Positions 33,562 to 44,028 of a DNA stretch of 64,000 nucleotides are shown here, one piece after another (position 1 is the stretch's first letter; the number at the start of each line of letters is the position of its first letter). This DNA comes from an uncultured Thermoleophilia bacterium (lineage in GTDB: Bacteria; Actinomycetota; Thermoleophilia; UBA2241), in contig CAVQSP010000004.1 of NCBI GenBank assembly GCA_963715985.1, positions 1-64,000 on the forward strand, given 5' to 3'. Under the pieces are notes generated by a model. It saw only the letters and a list, made by a program, of their open reading frames with translations, did no database searches and had not been told where the DNA came from. Position numbers and translations under genes: made by a program.

Positions 33562-34943
33562 TGGCCGACATCCGTACGCGCATGGGCGATGGCTACGTGG
33601 CCATGCTCACGCCCGAGGAACTGCGCGCCGACCTGGAGGCCGGCTGCGCCGAGGCGGTGAAGCGCGCCAAGGTGCCGCCGCTCGAGGAGAACGAGTTCGA
33701 CTGGCTCGTCGACCTCTTCGCCAATCCGAGCCGCATCATGGGCGTGGACCCGGGCCGCGAGGTGATCCTCACCAAGGACGGCTCGGTCAACACGCTGTGC
33801 TCGGCGCAGCTCTCCAGCGGCGTCGGGCTGCCGCTGAGCCGCGAGCAGGCCTTCCGCGTGTTCGAGCGCGCCTTCTGCTTCGACACCATGGAGATCGGCC
33901 ACCCCGACTACTCGTACAAGCCGGTCAAGCCCATCGTCTCCCTCGAGGCGACCGGGGTGGAGCAGGCGCTGCTCACCACCATCATCCCGGTGTTCTACGG
34001 GGCGATGCCCAACTTCGGCCTGTACGCGCAGCCGGACGGGCCGTTCCCCAACCCCGCCGACCTGCTGCCGCGCGGCGAGGTCGAGGCGGCGCGCGAAGTG
34101 CAGATGGAGATGGCCGAGGCCTGCAAGGCCGACATGCTCTACGTCTCCCGGATCATGGCCGAGGTGGGCGCCGACGGCATCAACTTCGACACCACCGCCT
34201 CCACCGGCGACGCCGAGTTCCTCGCCACCCTGCAGGCGGTGGAAGAGCTGGCCGCGACCACCGACCTCTCCATCGAGGTCGGCATGGCGGCCGAGTTCGT
34301 GCTGGGCTTCCACGGCCAGCTCGAGTACAAGGGCAAGCGGCTGGCCGGCATGTGGCCGCACCAGCAGGTCAAGGTGGTGGAAGAGGCCGGCGCCCACATC
34401 TTCGGCCCCGTCGTGAACACCAACTCCCGCAGGTCGGTGCCGTGGAACGTGGCGCGTGCCGTCACCATCGTCAAGGAGTGCTCGCGCGTCGCCGAGATCC
34501 CCGTGCACGCCAACGTGGGCATGGGCGTGGGCGGCGTGCCGATGTTCGAGGTGCCGCCCGCCGACGTGCTCACGCGGGCCAGCGCCGCGATGGTGATGAT
34601 CGCCAACGTGGACGGCTTGTAGGTGGGCACCGGCGATCCCTACGGGATGTCGATCAGCCACGCGCTTGCCTCCGGCATGGGGGGCATCCGCACCACTGGA
34701 GACCTGGTGGCGAGGATGCAGCTCCGCAGGAAGATGAGGCTTCCGGAAGCGAAGAAGTACGTGGCCGACAAGCTCAAGGTGGGTCTGGACGACCTCGCCG
34801 ACAGCACCGTGATGAGGGGCCTGCGGCAGGAGCTGGACATCGGCGTGATCACCGCCGTGCCCGGCTGCCGCAAGGGCATCGAGGCCAAGCGCAACATCTC
34901 CGAGCTGCTGGACGTTCCTGTACCCTGTCTGAAGCGGCTGTAG
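33561..34943 (+). CDS. mtbB: Dimethylamine:corrinoid methyltransferase with in-frame amber codon (pyrrolysine) at 34620-34622; 460 aa on readthrough
   Basis: [62 protein letters not shown]-[TAG]-VGTGDPYGM..[21 protein letters not shown]; TGATG overlap with mttB. Confidence 0.95.
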
Positions 34944-35060
34944 GCGGACGGCGGCCGCGGCCGGCGTGAGCGCCGCCGCGGCGCACGACTGAGACACCAC
35001 GGGCCCCGGGCCGTCCGACTGCGTCGGCGGCTCGTGGGCCCGCTGCTGCGGGCGGGAGGC

Positions 35061-36305
35061 ATGGCGGAAGCAGGCGGGACCACCTCGGCGGGGCGGATCA
35101 GGGAAGTCGCCGCAGCGTTTCCGCGACCCTTCTGGCTGCTCACCGCCGGGTGGTTCGTCTATGTGCTCGGCTACGAGTGTGGCTTCCCCTTCGAGTCGAT
35201 CTACCTCAACGAGAAGCTGGGCATCTCGCTCACGGCCATCGGCCTGATCTACGGGGTCACGCAGCTGTGCGGCCTGCCGGCCCAGATCGCCGGCGGCGCC
35301 GCGGCCGACCGCGTCGGGCGGCGCCCGGTGCTCCTGCTCGGGATCATGGCCACCACGGTGCTCTTCCTCGGCCTGGCGTTCGTCCACAGCGTGCCGCTGG
35401 TGGTGGCACTCATCGCCTTCGAGGCGGCCTTCGGCTGGGGGATGTTCCAGATGTCGAGCAACGCCGTGGTCAGCGACGTGGTGTCGGAGGAGCGGCGCAC
35501 GGAGGGCTACAGCATCGCCAGGACGGCCGCCAGCGGCGGCATCGTCGTGGGCCCGCTTCTCGGCGGCCTGCTGCTCCGCCACGACCCGAGCTACCGCTGG
35601 CCGTTCATCGCCGGCGGGGCGATCTGCGCGACCTTCTTCGTCATCGCCCTCGTGTGGCTGCCGGAGACGCGTCCGGCGGCCGCGGCCGCGCGCGAGAGCG
35701 TCCGTGCGACCTTCGCCGGGTACCGCGCCGTGCTGCGTGACCGGCGCCTGCTGACCTTCGCCGCCGTGACCCTGCTGCCGCTCTACTGCCACGGCCAGTT
35801 CCTCATGACCTTCCCGATCCTGCTCAAGGACACAGTAGGCGTGTCGACCAGCACCGTCGGCCTGTTGTACTCGTTGTACGCCGCGTGCAATGTGCTCGTG
35901 CAGTACCCGCTGGGGCGGCGCCTGCGGCATGCCGACCGGATGAAGGTGCTGGCCGCGGCCAGCACCTTCATGGGGGTCGGCCTCTCAGGCGCCGCCTTCG
36001 CGCCCCGGGGGGTCGCCACGGCGGCGTTCGTGGTGGTCGTGAGCTTCGGCACGGCGCTGCTGATGCCGTTCTCCGTGACGGTCATCTCTCACCTGGCGCC
36101 GCTGCGCCTGCGCGGCCGCTACATGGGCGCGTGGACGCTCGTCTGGACGGCCGGGGTGGCGCTGGGGCCCATCTTCGGCGGGCTGGCGATGGACCGGCTC
36201 GGGGGTCGCGGCGCCTACGCGCTGGTGCTGGCCGCCGGCCTCATCGGAGCCGTGTTCTATCTGCTGCTGTCGCGGCGGCGGACGATGGACGCGGCCGCGA
36301 CCTGA
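35061..36305 (+). CDS. MFS transporter
   Basis: About 12 TM helices, motif A GAAADRVGRR, LRGRYMG; GGGAGG RBS. Confidence 0.9.
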   Translation: MAEAGGTTSAGRIREVAAAFPRPFWLLTAGWFVYVLGYECGFPFESIYLNEKLGISLTAIGLIYGVTQLCGLPAQIAGGAAADRVGRRPVLLLGIMATTVLFLGLAFVHSVPLVVALIAFEAAFGWGMFQMSSNAVVSDVVSEERRTEGYSIARTAASGGIVVGPLLGGLLLRHDPSYRWPFIAGGAICATFFVIALVWLPETRPAAAAARESVRATFAGYRAVLRDRRLLTFAAVTLLPLYCHGQFLMTFPILLKDTVGVSTSTVGLLYSLYAACNVLVQYPLGRRLRHADRMKVLAAASTFMGVGLSGAAFAPRGVATAAFVVVVSFGTALLMPFSVTVISHLAPLRLRGRYMGAWTLVWTAGVALGPIFGGLAMDRLGGRGAYALVLAAGLIGAVFYLLLSRRRTMDAAAT

Positions 36306-36359
36306 GCGGCCGGCAGACGGTCGGAGCCTGAGGGGCCCGCCGGCGCTAGCGCCTGCGAT

Positions 36360-37538
36360 TCAGCCTGCCTCGAGCGCGTCACGCACGGTGCGCGCGAGCC
36401 GCTGGGCGCCCTCGCGGAGCTCGTCCGGGTCGTACATGCTGAAGCCCAGGCGGATGCCGCGGTCCACGCCGGCGAGGGAGAAGCGCGTGCCCTCCATGAA
36501 GCCGACGCCGTTGGCCTCGCCGGCGGCGACCAGGGCGCCGGCGGTGAGGCCGTCAGGCAGGGTGAGCAGCAGGAAGAGCCCGCCGCCGGGGCGCCACACG
36601 CCGCACCCTTCCGGCAGCGACTCGCGCAGGCCGCTCACGAGCGCGTCGCGGCGCAGGGCGTAGTGCGCGCGCAGGTGCTCGACGTTGGCGGCGTAGACGC
36701 CGTCGAGCACGAGCCGCGCGCACACGCAGGCGCCGAACTGGCTCATGCAGCCGGCGCTGTCCAGCACGCCGCGCTCGGTGAACTCGAGCACGCGCCCGGG
36801 CGCGGAGGTGAGCCAGCCGCAGCGCAGGCCCGGCGACAGCGTCTTGGAGAAGCTGCCCAGACGGATCACGTGCTCGGCGGCGCCGTCCACGTCCGCGGCG
36901 AGACGCCACAGGGACGGCGGTGGCGGGCCGTCGTACGAGAGCTCACGGTAGGCGTCGTCCTCGACGACGATGAGGTCCTCCTCGACGGCGAGCTCCACGA
37001 GCCTGCGCCGCCGCTCCAGCGACATGCAGGCGCCGGTGGGGTTGTGGAACGTCGCCACCGTGTAGACGAGGCGCGGGCGGCGCCCGCCGGCCCGCGCCTG
37101 CCTGACCGCCTCCGCGAGGGCGTCGACGTCGAGGCCGTCCTCATCGAGGGGCACGCCGACCAGGTCCAGCGAGAGGTCGCGAGCCATGCGGATGCCCAGG
37201 CTGAAGCCCGGGTCCTCCATGAACACCACGTCCCCGGGGTGCACGAGGTGTGAGAACAGCAGCTGGATGGACGGCGAGATGCCGTTGGTGACGGCCACCT
37301 GCGGGACGTCGACGTCGCAGCCTTCGAGCGTGGCGAGGCGCTCAGCGAGCGCCTGCCGCAGCGCCATGGGGCCCTCGTTGAGCCCGTAGTTGAGCGACGC
37401 CGCGCCCACGGTGTCCATCACCCAGTCGGCGGCGTTGCGGATGGCGGCGGTGGGGATGAGCGCGGGGTCGGGATCGCCCCAGCGGAGCTCGATGATCCCC
37501 GGTCGCATGATTGCCTGTGGCTCGACGATGAAGGACAT
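36360..37538 (-). CDS. PLP-dependent class I aminotransferase (LysN/MocR-like)
   Basis: YTVATFHNPTG, VEDDAY, LGSFSKTLSPGLRCGW. Confidence 0.9.
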   Translation of the reverse strand: MSFIVEPQAIMRPGIIELRWGDPDPALIPTAAIRNAADWVMDTVGAASLNYGLNEGPMALRQALAERLATLEGCDVDVPQVAVTNGISPSIQLLFSHLVHPGDVVFMEDPGFSLGIRMARDLSLDLVGVPLDEDGLDVDALAEAVRQARAGGRRPRLVYTVATFHNPTGACMSLERRRRLVELAVEEDLIVVEDDAYRELSYDGPPPPSLWRLAADVDGAAEHVIRLGSFSKTLSPGLRCGWLTSAPGRVLEFTERGVLDSAGCMSQFGACVCARLVLDGVYAANVEHLRAHYALRRDALVSGLRESLPEGCGVWRPGGGLFLLLTLPDGLTAGALVAAGEANGVGFMEGTRFSLAGVDRGIRLGFSMYDPDELREGAQRLARTVRDALEAG

Positions 37539-37592
37539 GCTCTCGGTCTCCGTGTCCGCGGTGGCCAGGCCGGGGGTCCCGGCCGGCACATC

Positions 37593-38279
37593 TTACGCTT
37601 CGACTGCCTCCACGCGGTTGCGCAGCACGCCGATGCCCTCGACCTCGACCTCCACGACGTCCCCCGGCTTCATCGAGAGCTTGGGGTCGCGGAACACGCC
37701 GACGCCGGCGGGCGTGCCCGTGAGGATCAGGTCGCCGGGCAGCAGGGTGAGCACGTGCGAGACGAACGAGACGAGCTCACGCACGGGGAAGATGAGGTCG
37801 CCGGTGCGCCCGTCCTGAAGGGTCTCGCCGTTCAGCCGCTGGGTGACGCGCAGGTCGGCGGCGTCGCCGAGCTCGGCGACGGGCACGAGGTGCGGACCGA
37901 TGGGGCAGAAGCTGTCGTACGTCTTGCCGCGGAACCACTGGCGGTCGCCGAACTGCGCGTCGCGGGCGCTCACGTCGTTGCCGCAGGTGTAGCCGTGGAC
38001 GGCAGCGAGCGCCTCGCCGGCCGAGACCTTGTGCGTCTCCCGGCCGATGACGACCGCGAGCTCGGCCTCCGAGTCCACGTGGCCGATGCCCTCGGGCATC
38101 AGGATGGGCTCGCCGTCGCCGCACAGCGCGGTGGCGAACTTGGCGAACAGGATCGGCGACGTGGGGAGGTTCTTCACGCCTCCCTCGGCGGCGTGGTCCT
38201 TGTAGTTCAGTCCCACGCAGATGACCTTGGGCTCGGTGCGCCCGAAGCGCTCCAGCCAGTCGGCGCGCCAGTCGTACAT
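37593..38279 (-). CDS. Fumarylacetoacetate hydrolase-family protein
   Basis: KVICVGLNYKDH, DSEAELAVVIG, NDVSARD, GKTYD, GDLILTGTPAGVG. Confidence 0.92.
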   Translation of the reverse strand: MYDWRADWLERFGRTEPKVICVGLNYKDHAAEGGVKNLPTSPILFAKFATALCGDGEPILMPEGIGHVDSEAELAVVIGRETHKVSAGEALAAVHGYTCGNDVSARDAQFGDRQWFRGKTYDSFCPIGPHLVPVAELGDAADLRVTQRLNGETLQDGRTGDLIFPVRELVSFVSHVLTLLPGDLILTGTPAGVGVFRDPKLSMKPGDVVEVEVEGIGVLRNRVEAVEA

Positions 38280-38289
38280 CGTGCTCCTC

Positions 38290-39689
38290 TCAGGCGGTCT
38301 GACGGGTCGTGGCGGCCTCGGCCGCCTTCGCGGCCGGGGCGGCCGCTGCGATCCGGCCCTCGGCCGCGAGCGCCTCCGCGACGATCTCCACGGTGTGGCA
38401 CACGCGCTGGCCGCGGCCGCGCCGCCGCAGGCTGTCGGTGAGCTGCATGCGGCAGCCGGGGCAGCTGGTGACGACCACCTCGGCGCCCGTGGCGTCGATC
38501 TCCGCGGCCTTGCGGGCGCCGATCTTGTCCGCCAGCCCCGGATGCGTGAGCAGGAACGACCCTGCGCCGCCGCAGCACACCTCGGTGGAGGCCAGCTCGG
38601 CGAGCTCAAGGCCGGCCACGCGGCTGATGAGCTCGCGCGGCTGCGCGCGGACGCCCTGGCCGCGAGCCAGGTGGCAGGGGTCGTGGTAGGTGACGCGGGT
38701 GCCGGCCGGGGCGACGGCGGCCGGCAGCTCGACGCGTTCGGCGAGGTACTCCGTGGCGTCAAGGGCGCGGGCCGCGAGCCGCTCCGCACGCGGCCCCCAG
38801 ACGGGATCGCCGGCAAGCAGCCTGGGGATGAAGTGCTTGAGCGCGGACCCGCACGTGGGACAGGCCGTGAGCACGGCCTCGCCGTCCAGGCTGCCCAGAG
38901 TCCTTACGGTGGCCCGCGCCAGGTCGCGGCGCAGAGCGCTCGTCGCCGTGCATCAGCATGGGCACGCCGCAGCAGGTGGTTCTCAGGCGGCAGCGTGGCC
39001 TCGACCTGCGCCGCGCCGAGCGCGCTCACGAGGGCGCGACCGATCTCGGGATAGACGTAGGTGATCATGCAGCCGGGGTAGAAGACGACGCGGCCGCGTG
39101 CCTGCGCGCGCGCGGCCGGCCGAGCCGTCCGCCGGCGCCCAGCGGCCGGGCCGGCAGCCTGGGCAGCACCGGCCGCCGCTCGCGCGGCACCGGCAGGCGG
39201 GCCACGCCGAGGTCCTCTTCGGGGCCCGCCGCGAACGCCAGTCCCTGGAGCTTCGCGGCCGCGGCGGCGCCCGCTTTGAGCACGCGCGGACGCTTGACGG
39301 CGGCGAAGATGGCGCCCGCCGCGGGCGACACGCCCCGCCGCCGCACGACCTCCGCGCGCGCCGCCAGGATGATGTCGTCCAGGCGGATGCCGGACGGGCA
39401 GGCGTCCACGCAGGCGGTGCAGGTGAGGCAGAGGTCGAGCTGGCGCGCGACGTCCTCGTCGGGTTCGAGCTCGCCGCTGAGCAGGGCCTGCGCGATCACC
39501 ACCTTGCCGCGCGCTACGGCAGGCTCGCGGCGGACCTGGTAGTAGACGGGGCACACGGCCTGGCAGTTGCCGCAGCGCATGCACGCGTCGATGTGCCTCG
39601 CGCAGGGCGGCGAGGCCGGAGGCATCCGCCGGCTCACCGGGGTTCGCGCCGCGACGCGGCTCACCCGGCTTCACGTCGCCGGTCGTCAC
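38290..39689 (-). CDS. glcF: GlcF-like Fe-S subunit (two ferredoxin motifs and CCG domains), frameshifted
   Basis: CMRCGNCQAVCP, CLTCTACVDACPSG, FYPGC, CCG, TYHDPCHL, CCGGAG, SCPGC. Confidence 0.82.
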
Positions 39690-41162
39690 CCGGCGGACCC
39701 CGCGAGCGTGACGACCTTGCCGGGGTTCAGCAGATCCTGGGGGTCGAGCGCCCGCTTGATGCGCTGGGAGATCTCCACGCCCACGTCCCCGATCTCCCAC
39801 GGCAGGTAGCGCTGCTTGGACGTGCCGATGCCGTGCTCGCCGCTGAGCGTGCCGCCGAGGCGCAGGGCCCCGGCGAAGATCTCGTCGATGGCCGCGTGCA
39901 CGCGCTCCATCTCGGCAGGGTCGTTCTTGTCCGTGAGGATGGTGGGGTGCAGGTTGCCGTCGCCGGCGTGTCCGACGACGCTGATGGTGACGTCGTGCTT
40001 GCGCGCGACGTCGGCGACCAGCTCGAGCATGGCGGCGATCTGGCTGCGCGGCACCGTCGCGTCTTCCACGATGGTGGTCGGGCGCAGGCGCGCCGTGGCC
40101 GGCAGCGCCGCGCGGCGCGCGGTCCAGAGGGCGTCGCGCTCGGCGCCGGTGGCTGACCTCGCGTACGTCGCCGCCGTGGTCGCGGCACTGGGCGAGCACG
40201 GCCTCGGCCTCGCGCGCCACCATCTCGGGGATGCCGTCGACCTCGATGAGGAGCAGAGCGTCGGCCTCCACCTGCAGACCCACGTGCGTGTACGCCTCCA
40301 CGGCGACGATGGTGGTGTGGTCCATGAACTCGAGCGTGGCGGGGATGACGCCGGCGCCCACGATGGCGATGGCGGTGTCCGCGGCGGCCCTCTGGCTGTC
40401 GAAGTAGGACACCATGCTGCGCATGGCCTCGGGACGCGGCCGCAGGCGCACGACGATCTCGGTGATGACGCCCAGCGTGCCCTCGGAGCCGACCATGAGC
40501 TTGACCAGGTCGTAGCCGGTCACGTTCTTGACGGTCTTGCCGCCGGAGCGCAGCACGCGGCCGTCGGCCAGCACCACCTCGAGGCCCGTGACGTAGTCCT
40601 TGGTGACGCCGTACTTGAGCCCGCGCAGGCCGCCGGCGCACTCGGCCACGCTGCCGCCCATGGTGGCCGTGGCTACGGAGCCGGGGTCGGGCGGGTACAT
40701 CAGGCCGTGTGCCGCCGCGGCCTCGTCGAGCTCCTTGATGATCACGCCGGGCTGCACGGTGGCCGTCAGGTTCACGGCGTCGATCTCGAGGATCTCGTGC
40801 ATCTCCAGCAGGCAGAGCACGACGCCGCCGTCGGTGGGCGTGCTGCCGCCGCTGAGGTTGGTGCCGGCGCCACGGGTGAAGACGGGACGACGGTGGCGGG
40901 CGGCCGCCTGCACCACGTGCGCGACCTCGGCGGTGGAGCGCGGGAAGACGACCGCCACCGGTCTGCCGGGCACGGAGTCGGCGGCCGCGTCGAACCCGTA
41001 GCACACGAGGTCCTCCGGGGCGGTGAGGACCTGCTCCGGCGGCGAGGCCGCTGCGCAGGTCGCGGAGGAGCGCCGCCTCCGCCGGCGTGGGGTTGCGGCG
41101 GGCGGCGCGGAGCGGTGCCCTCCGGCGCCCCGCTCGACGGCCTGCCTGCGGTGGCTCTTCAC
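39686..41162 (-). CDS. glcD: GlcD-like FAD-linked 2-hydroxyacid oxidase subunit, frameshifted
   Basis: RGAGTNLSGG, YPPDPGS, GGLRGLKYGVT, GYDL..LMVGSEGTLG, HAGDGNLH, SGEHGIG, LNPGK. Confidence 0.88.
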
Positions 41163-42291
41163 GACGGCCCTCCCCCAGCACCCGCGACTCGGCGCGCAGC
41201 GCCTCCAGGAAGCGCTCGTTCTGCTCGGGCCGGCCCACGGTCACCCGTACGTGGTGAGTGAGGCCCCAGCCGGTGGCCGGGCGCACGATGACGCCGCGCC
41301 GCAGCAGGCGCCCCCACAGCTCCTCCGCGTCCTCGCCGACGTCGACGAGGATGAAGTTGGCCTGGCTGGGCGCCACGTGGAAGCCCAGCTCGGTGAGCGT
41401 CTCGGTGAGGTACGCGCGGCCGGCGATGGTCTGCGCGATGCAGCCCGCCAGCCACTCGGTGTCGGCGAGGGCGGCGGGCCCGGCGACGATGGAGAGGCGG
41501 TTGAGATTGAACGGCTCCTTGATCGTGTCCAGCAGCCAGCATACGCGCTCGCCGACGAGGGCGTAGCCGAGGCGCATGCCGGCGAGGCCGTAGGCCTTGC
41601 TGAAGGTGCGCAGCACGATGACGTTCTCGTGCCCGGCCTTGAGGAAGTCCAGGCCGTCGGCGTAGTCGGGGTCGTCGACGAACTCGCGGTAGGCCTGGTC
41701 GAAGACCACCGCCACGCCCTCGGGGAGCGAGGCCAGGAACTCCTCGGTCTCGCGGCGCCGCACGATGCAGCCGGTCGGGTTGTTGGGGCTGCAGAGCCAG
41801 ACGAGCTTGGTCCTCGCCGTGACCGCCGCGCGCACCGCCGCAAGGTCGTAGTGGAAGTCGCGCAGCGGCACCGTGACGACACGGGCTTGCATGAGCTTGG
41901 CCGCCTCGGCGTACCGGCCGTAGGTGAGGTCCGGCACCACGACCTCGTCGCCGGGGTCGCAGAACAGCTGCGGGATGAGCTGGATGATGACCTCCGTGCC
42001 GTGACCGACGACCACGTTCTCGGCGCGCATGCCGTTGGCCTCGGCGAGCACGTGCTTGAGGTCGAAGAAGCTCTGCTCGGGGTACTGCCAGAGGTTGTGG
42101 AGCTCGCCGCGGATGGCCTCCAGGGCGCGCGGCGACGGGCCCCAGGCGTTCTCGTTGGAGGCGAGCTTGACCAGGTCGGTGAGGCCGAGCTCGCGCTGCA
42201 CCTGCTCGGTGGTGTAGCCGGCGATGTACTTCTCCAGGGTGAAGACGGCGTCCCTGTAGCGGTCCTCGCCGGCCCGACGTTCCGTGGTCAT
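41159..42291 (-). CDS. hisC: Histidinol-phosphate/aromatic aminotransferase (probable indel near the 3' end)
   Basis: KLASNEN, CSPNNPTG, DQAY, LRTFSKAYGLAGMRLGY, SQANF. Confidence 0.85.
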
Positions 42292-42301
42292 GGCCGCGGC
42301 C

Positions 42302-43306
42302 TCACGCGGGGCGCGGCGCTGTGAGCCGCAGGCCGCCGCGCTCCAGCACCTCGGGGTTGCGCACGTAGTGCGGGGTCTCGCCGCGCAGCGCCCGCACCAC
42401 CTCGAGACACGCCTTCTCCCGCGCCTCCTTCTCCGAGACCCAGGACATGAAGGCGGTGTGGGGCGTGATGATGACGTTGGGTTGCGCGTAGAGCGGGTGT
42501 CCGGCCGGCAGCGGCTCCGGACAGAGGACGTCCAGCGCGGCGCCGGCGATGCCGCCGTCGATGAGCACCCCCGTGAGCGCCTCGATGTCGACGCAGGCGC
42601 CGCGGGCCGTGTTGATGAGGTACGCGGTGGGCTTCATGGCGGCCAGAGCCTCCGCCCCGATGATGGCGGTCGTCTCCGGGGTGAGCGCGCAGTGCAGCGA
42701 GACGTAGTCGCACGCGAGCACCTCGTCGAGGCCGGCCTTGCCGACTCCGGCGGCGGCCATCGTGGCCTCGTCCACGTAGGGGTCCGAGGCCATCACCGTG
42801 AGGCCGAAGGCGTGCGCGCGTTTGGCCACGGCCGTGCCGATGCGGCCCAGACCGATGATGCCCAGCGACTGGTGGCTGATGCGGTCCGGTTTGCCGCAGG
42901 CCTCGTAGTCCCACTGCCCATCCAGCACGCAGCTGTGGTGGCGCAGGAGGTTGCGCCCCAGGGCAAGCAGGAACCCCATGGCGTGGTCGGCCACCTCCTG
43001 CGTGCAGTAGTCGGGGACGTTGGTCACCACGATGCCGCGCTCCGTGGCCGCCTCGAGGTCCACGCTGTTGTAGCCGGTGGCCATGAAGGCGACGATGCGG
43101 CAGTCGGGGAGCTGGTCCAGCACACGGGCGGTGAGCGGCGCGTAGGCCGGGATCAGCGCGTCCGCCCGGGCGCAGACCCTGATGACGTCGTCCTCGCTCT
43201 CCAGCTCGTGGCGTTCGAAGGAGATGTCGAGGCCGGAGCTCCGGAAGACGCCTTCTTCGACGATCCTGTCCGAGGCGCCGCGGTCTGTCTGGATCACAGT
43301 GAACAT
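42302..43306 (-). CDS. D-isomer-specific 2-hydroxyacid dehydrogenase (CtBP/SerA-like)
   Basis: NVPDYCTQEVADH, GIIGLGRIG, LINTARG, AALDV..EP, TPHTA. Confidence 0.9.
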   Translation of the reverse strand: MFTVIQTDRGASDRIVEEGVFRSSGLDISFERHELESEDDVIRVCARADALIPAYAPLTARVLDQLPDCRIVAFMATGYNSVDLEAATERGIVVTNVPDYCTQEVADHAMGFLLALGRNLLRHHSCVLDGQWDYEACGKPDRISHQSLGIIGLGRIGTAVAKRAHAFGLTVMASDPYVDEATMAAAGVGKAGLDEVLACDYVSLHCALTPETTAIIGAEALAAMKPTAYLINTARGACVDIEALTGVLIDGGIAGAALDVLCPEPLPAGHPLYAQPNVIITPHTAFMSWVSEKEAREKACLEVVRALRGETPHYVRNPEVLERGGLRLTAPRPA

Positions 43307-43373
43307 CCATGTCCTCCGCGAGGGGGAGCCAGAAGGGCCGGGAGAGGGCGTCTCCCGGACGACGCACCCAAGC

Positions 43374-43925
43374 TTACTCGACGGGAGGCTCCGCGGTCGC
43401 CTCGAGCGGCGCCATGCCCACGTTCTCGCCCTCCCAGTTGTAGAAGAACTTCTCCGTGCGCATCACGTGCCAGGTCTCGGTGGCGCTGATGCCGTCGATC
43501 GCCTCGAGGTCCTCGTTGAGGAACTTGAACAGGCCCTCGGTGTCGGGCAGGAACGCCTCGATGAGGATGTCGAAGCTGCCGGCCAGGTAGGCGACGTAGG
43601 CGACGTTCTCCATGGCGGCGAGCTTGCAGCCGACCTCCTTGACGCGGCCGCGTACCGCCCTGACCCCGATGAAGGCGTCGATGGGGAAGCCGATGGGCGC
43701 CGGGTTCACGCGCGCCATGATCATGATGGCTCCCGCGTGCACGAGCCTGTCGATGCGCTTGCGCACCGTGGGCTCGGAGACGCCCACCGTACGCGCGATC
43801 TGCGCATATGTGAGGCGTCCGTCGTGACGCAGCAGCTTCATGACGCGGCGGTCCAGCTCGTCGAGCACGAGGGAGCCGTATGGCATGGAGCCCTGGCGGA
43901 CGAGGGGCGGCGATTTCGAATCCAT
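43374..43925 (-). CDS. Lrp/AsnC-family regulator
   Basis: LDELDRRVMKLLRHDGRLTYAQIARTVGVSEPTVRKRIDRL. Confidence 0.9.
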   Translation of the reverse strand: MDSKSPPLVRQGSMPYGSLVLDELDRRVMKLLRHDGRLTYAQIARTVGVSEPTVRKRIDRLVHAGAIMIMARVNPAPIGFPIDAFIGVRAVRGRVKEVGCKLAAMENVAYVAYLAGSFDILIEAFLPDTEGLFKFLNEDLEAIDGISATETWHVMRTEKFFYNWEGENVGMAPLEATAEPPVE

Positions 43926-44028
43926 ATCGTTTTCTTCCTTCATAATCAGTAAGTATAGTGATCGCAACCTTCTGGTTCAATACCGTTTCGGAATACGCCG
44001 TTTTCGCTGTGATTCCGTCGGCGCACGC

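Noticed and set aside
33073-34622. mttB and mtbB as pseudogenes or as four separate ORFs
   Set aside because: Both stops are TAG at the known pyrrolysine positions, with conserved sequence continuing in frame.
29713-35930. Very long minus-strand ORFs (1254 aa and 922 aa)
   Set aside because: These are antisense shadows of GC-rich genes; only the fumC part (29713-31140) has real motifs.
39727-42291. 854-aa HisC fusion ORF
   Set aside because: The C-terminal half is off-frame Arg-rich sequence over glcD; an indel near 41170-41190 explains it.
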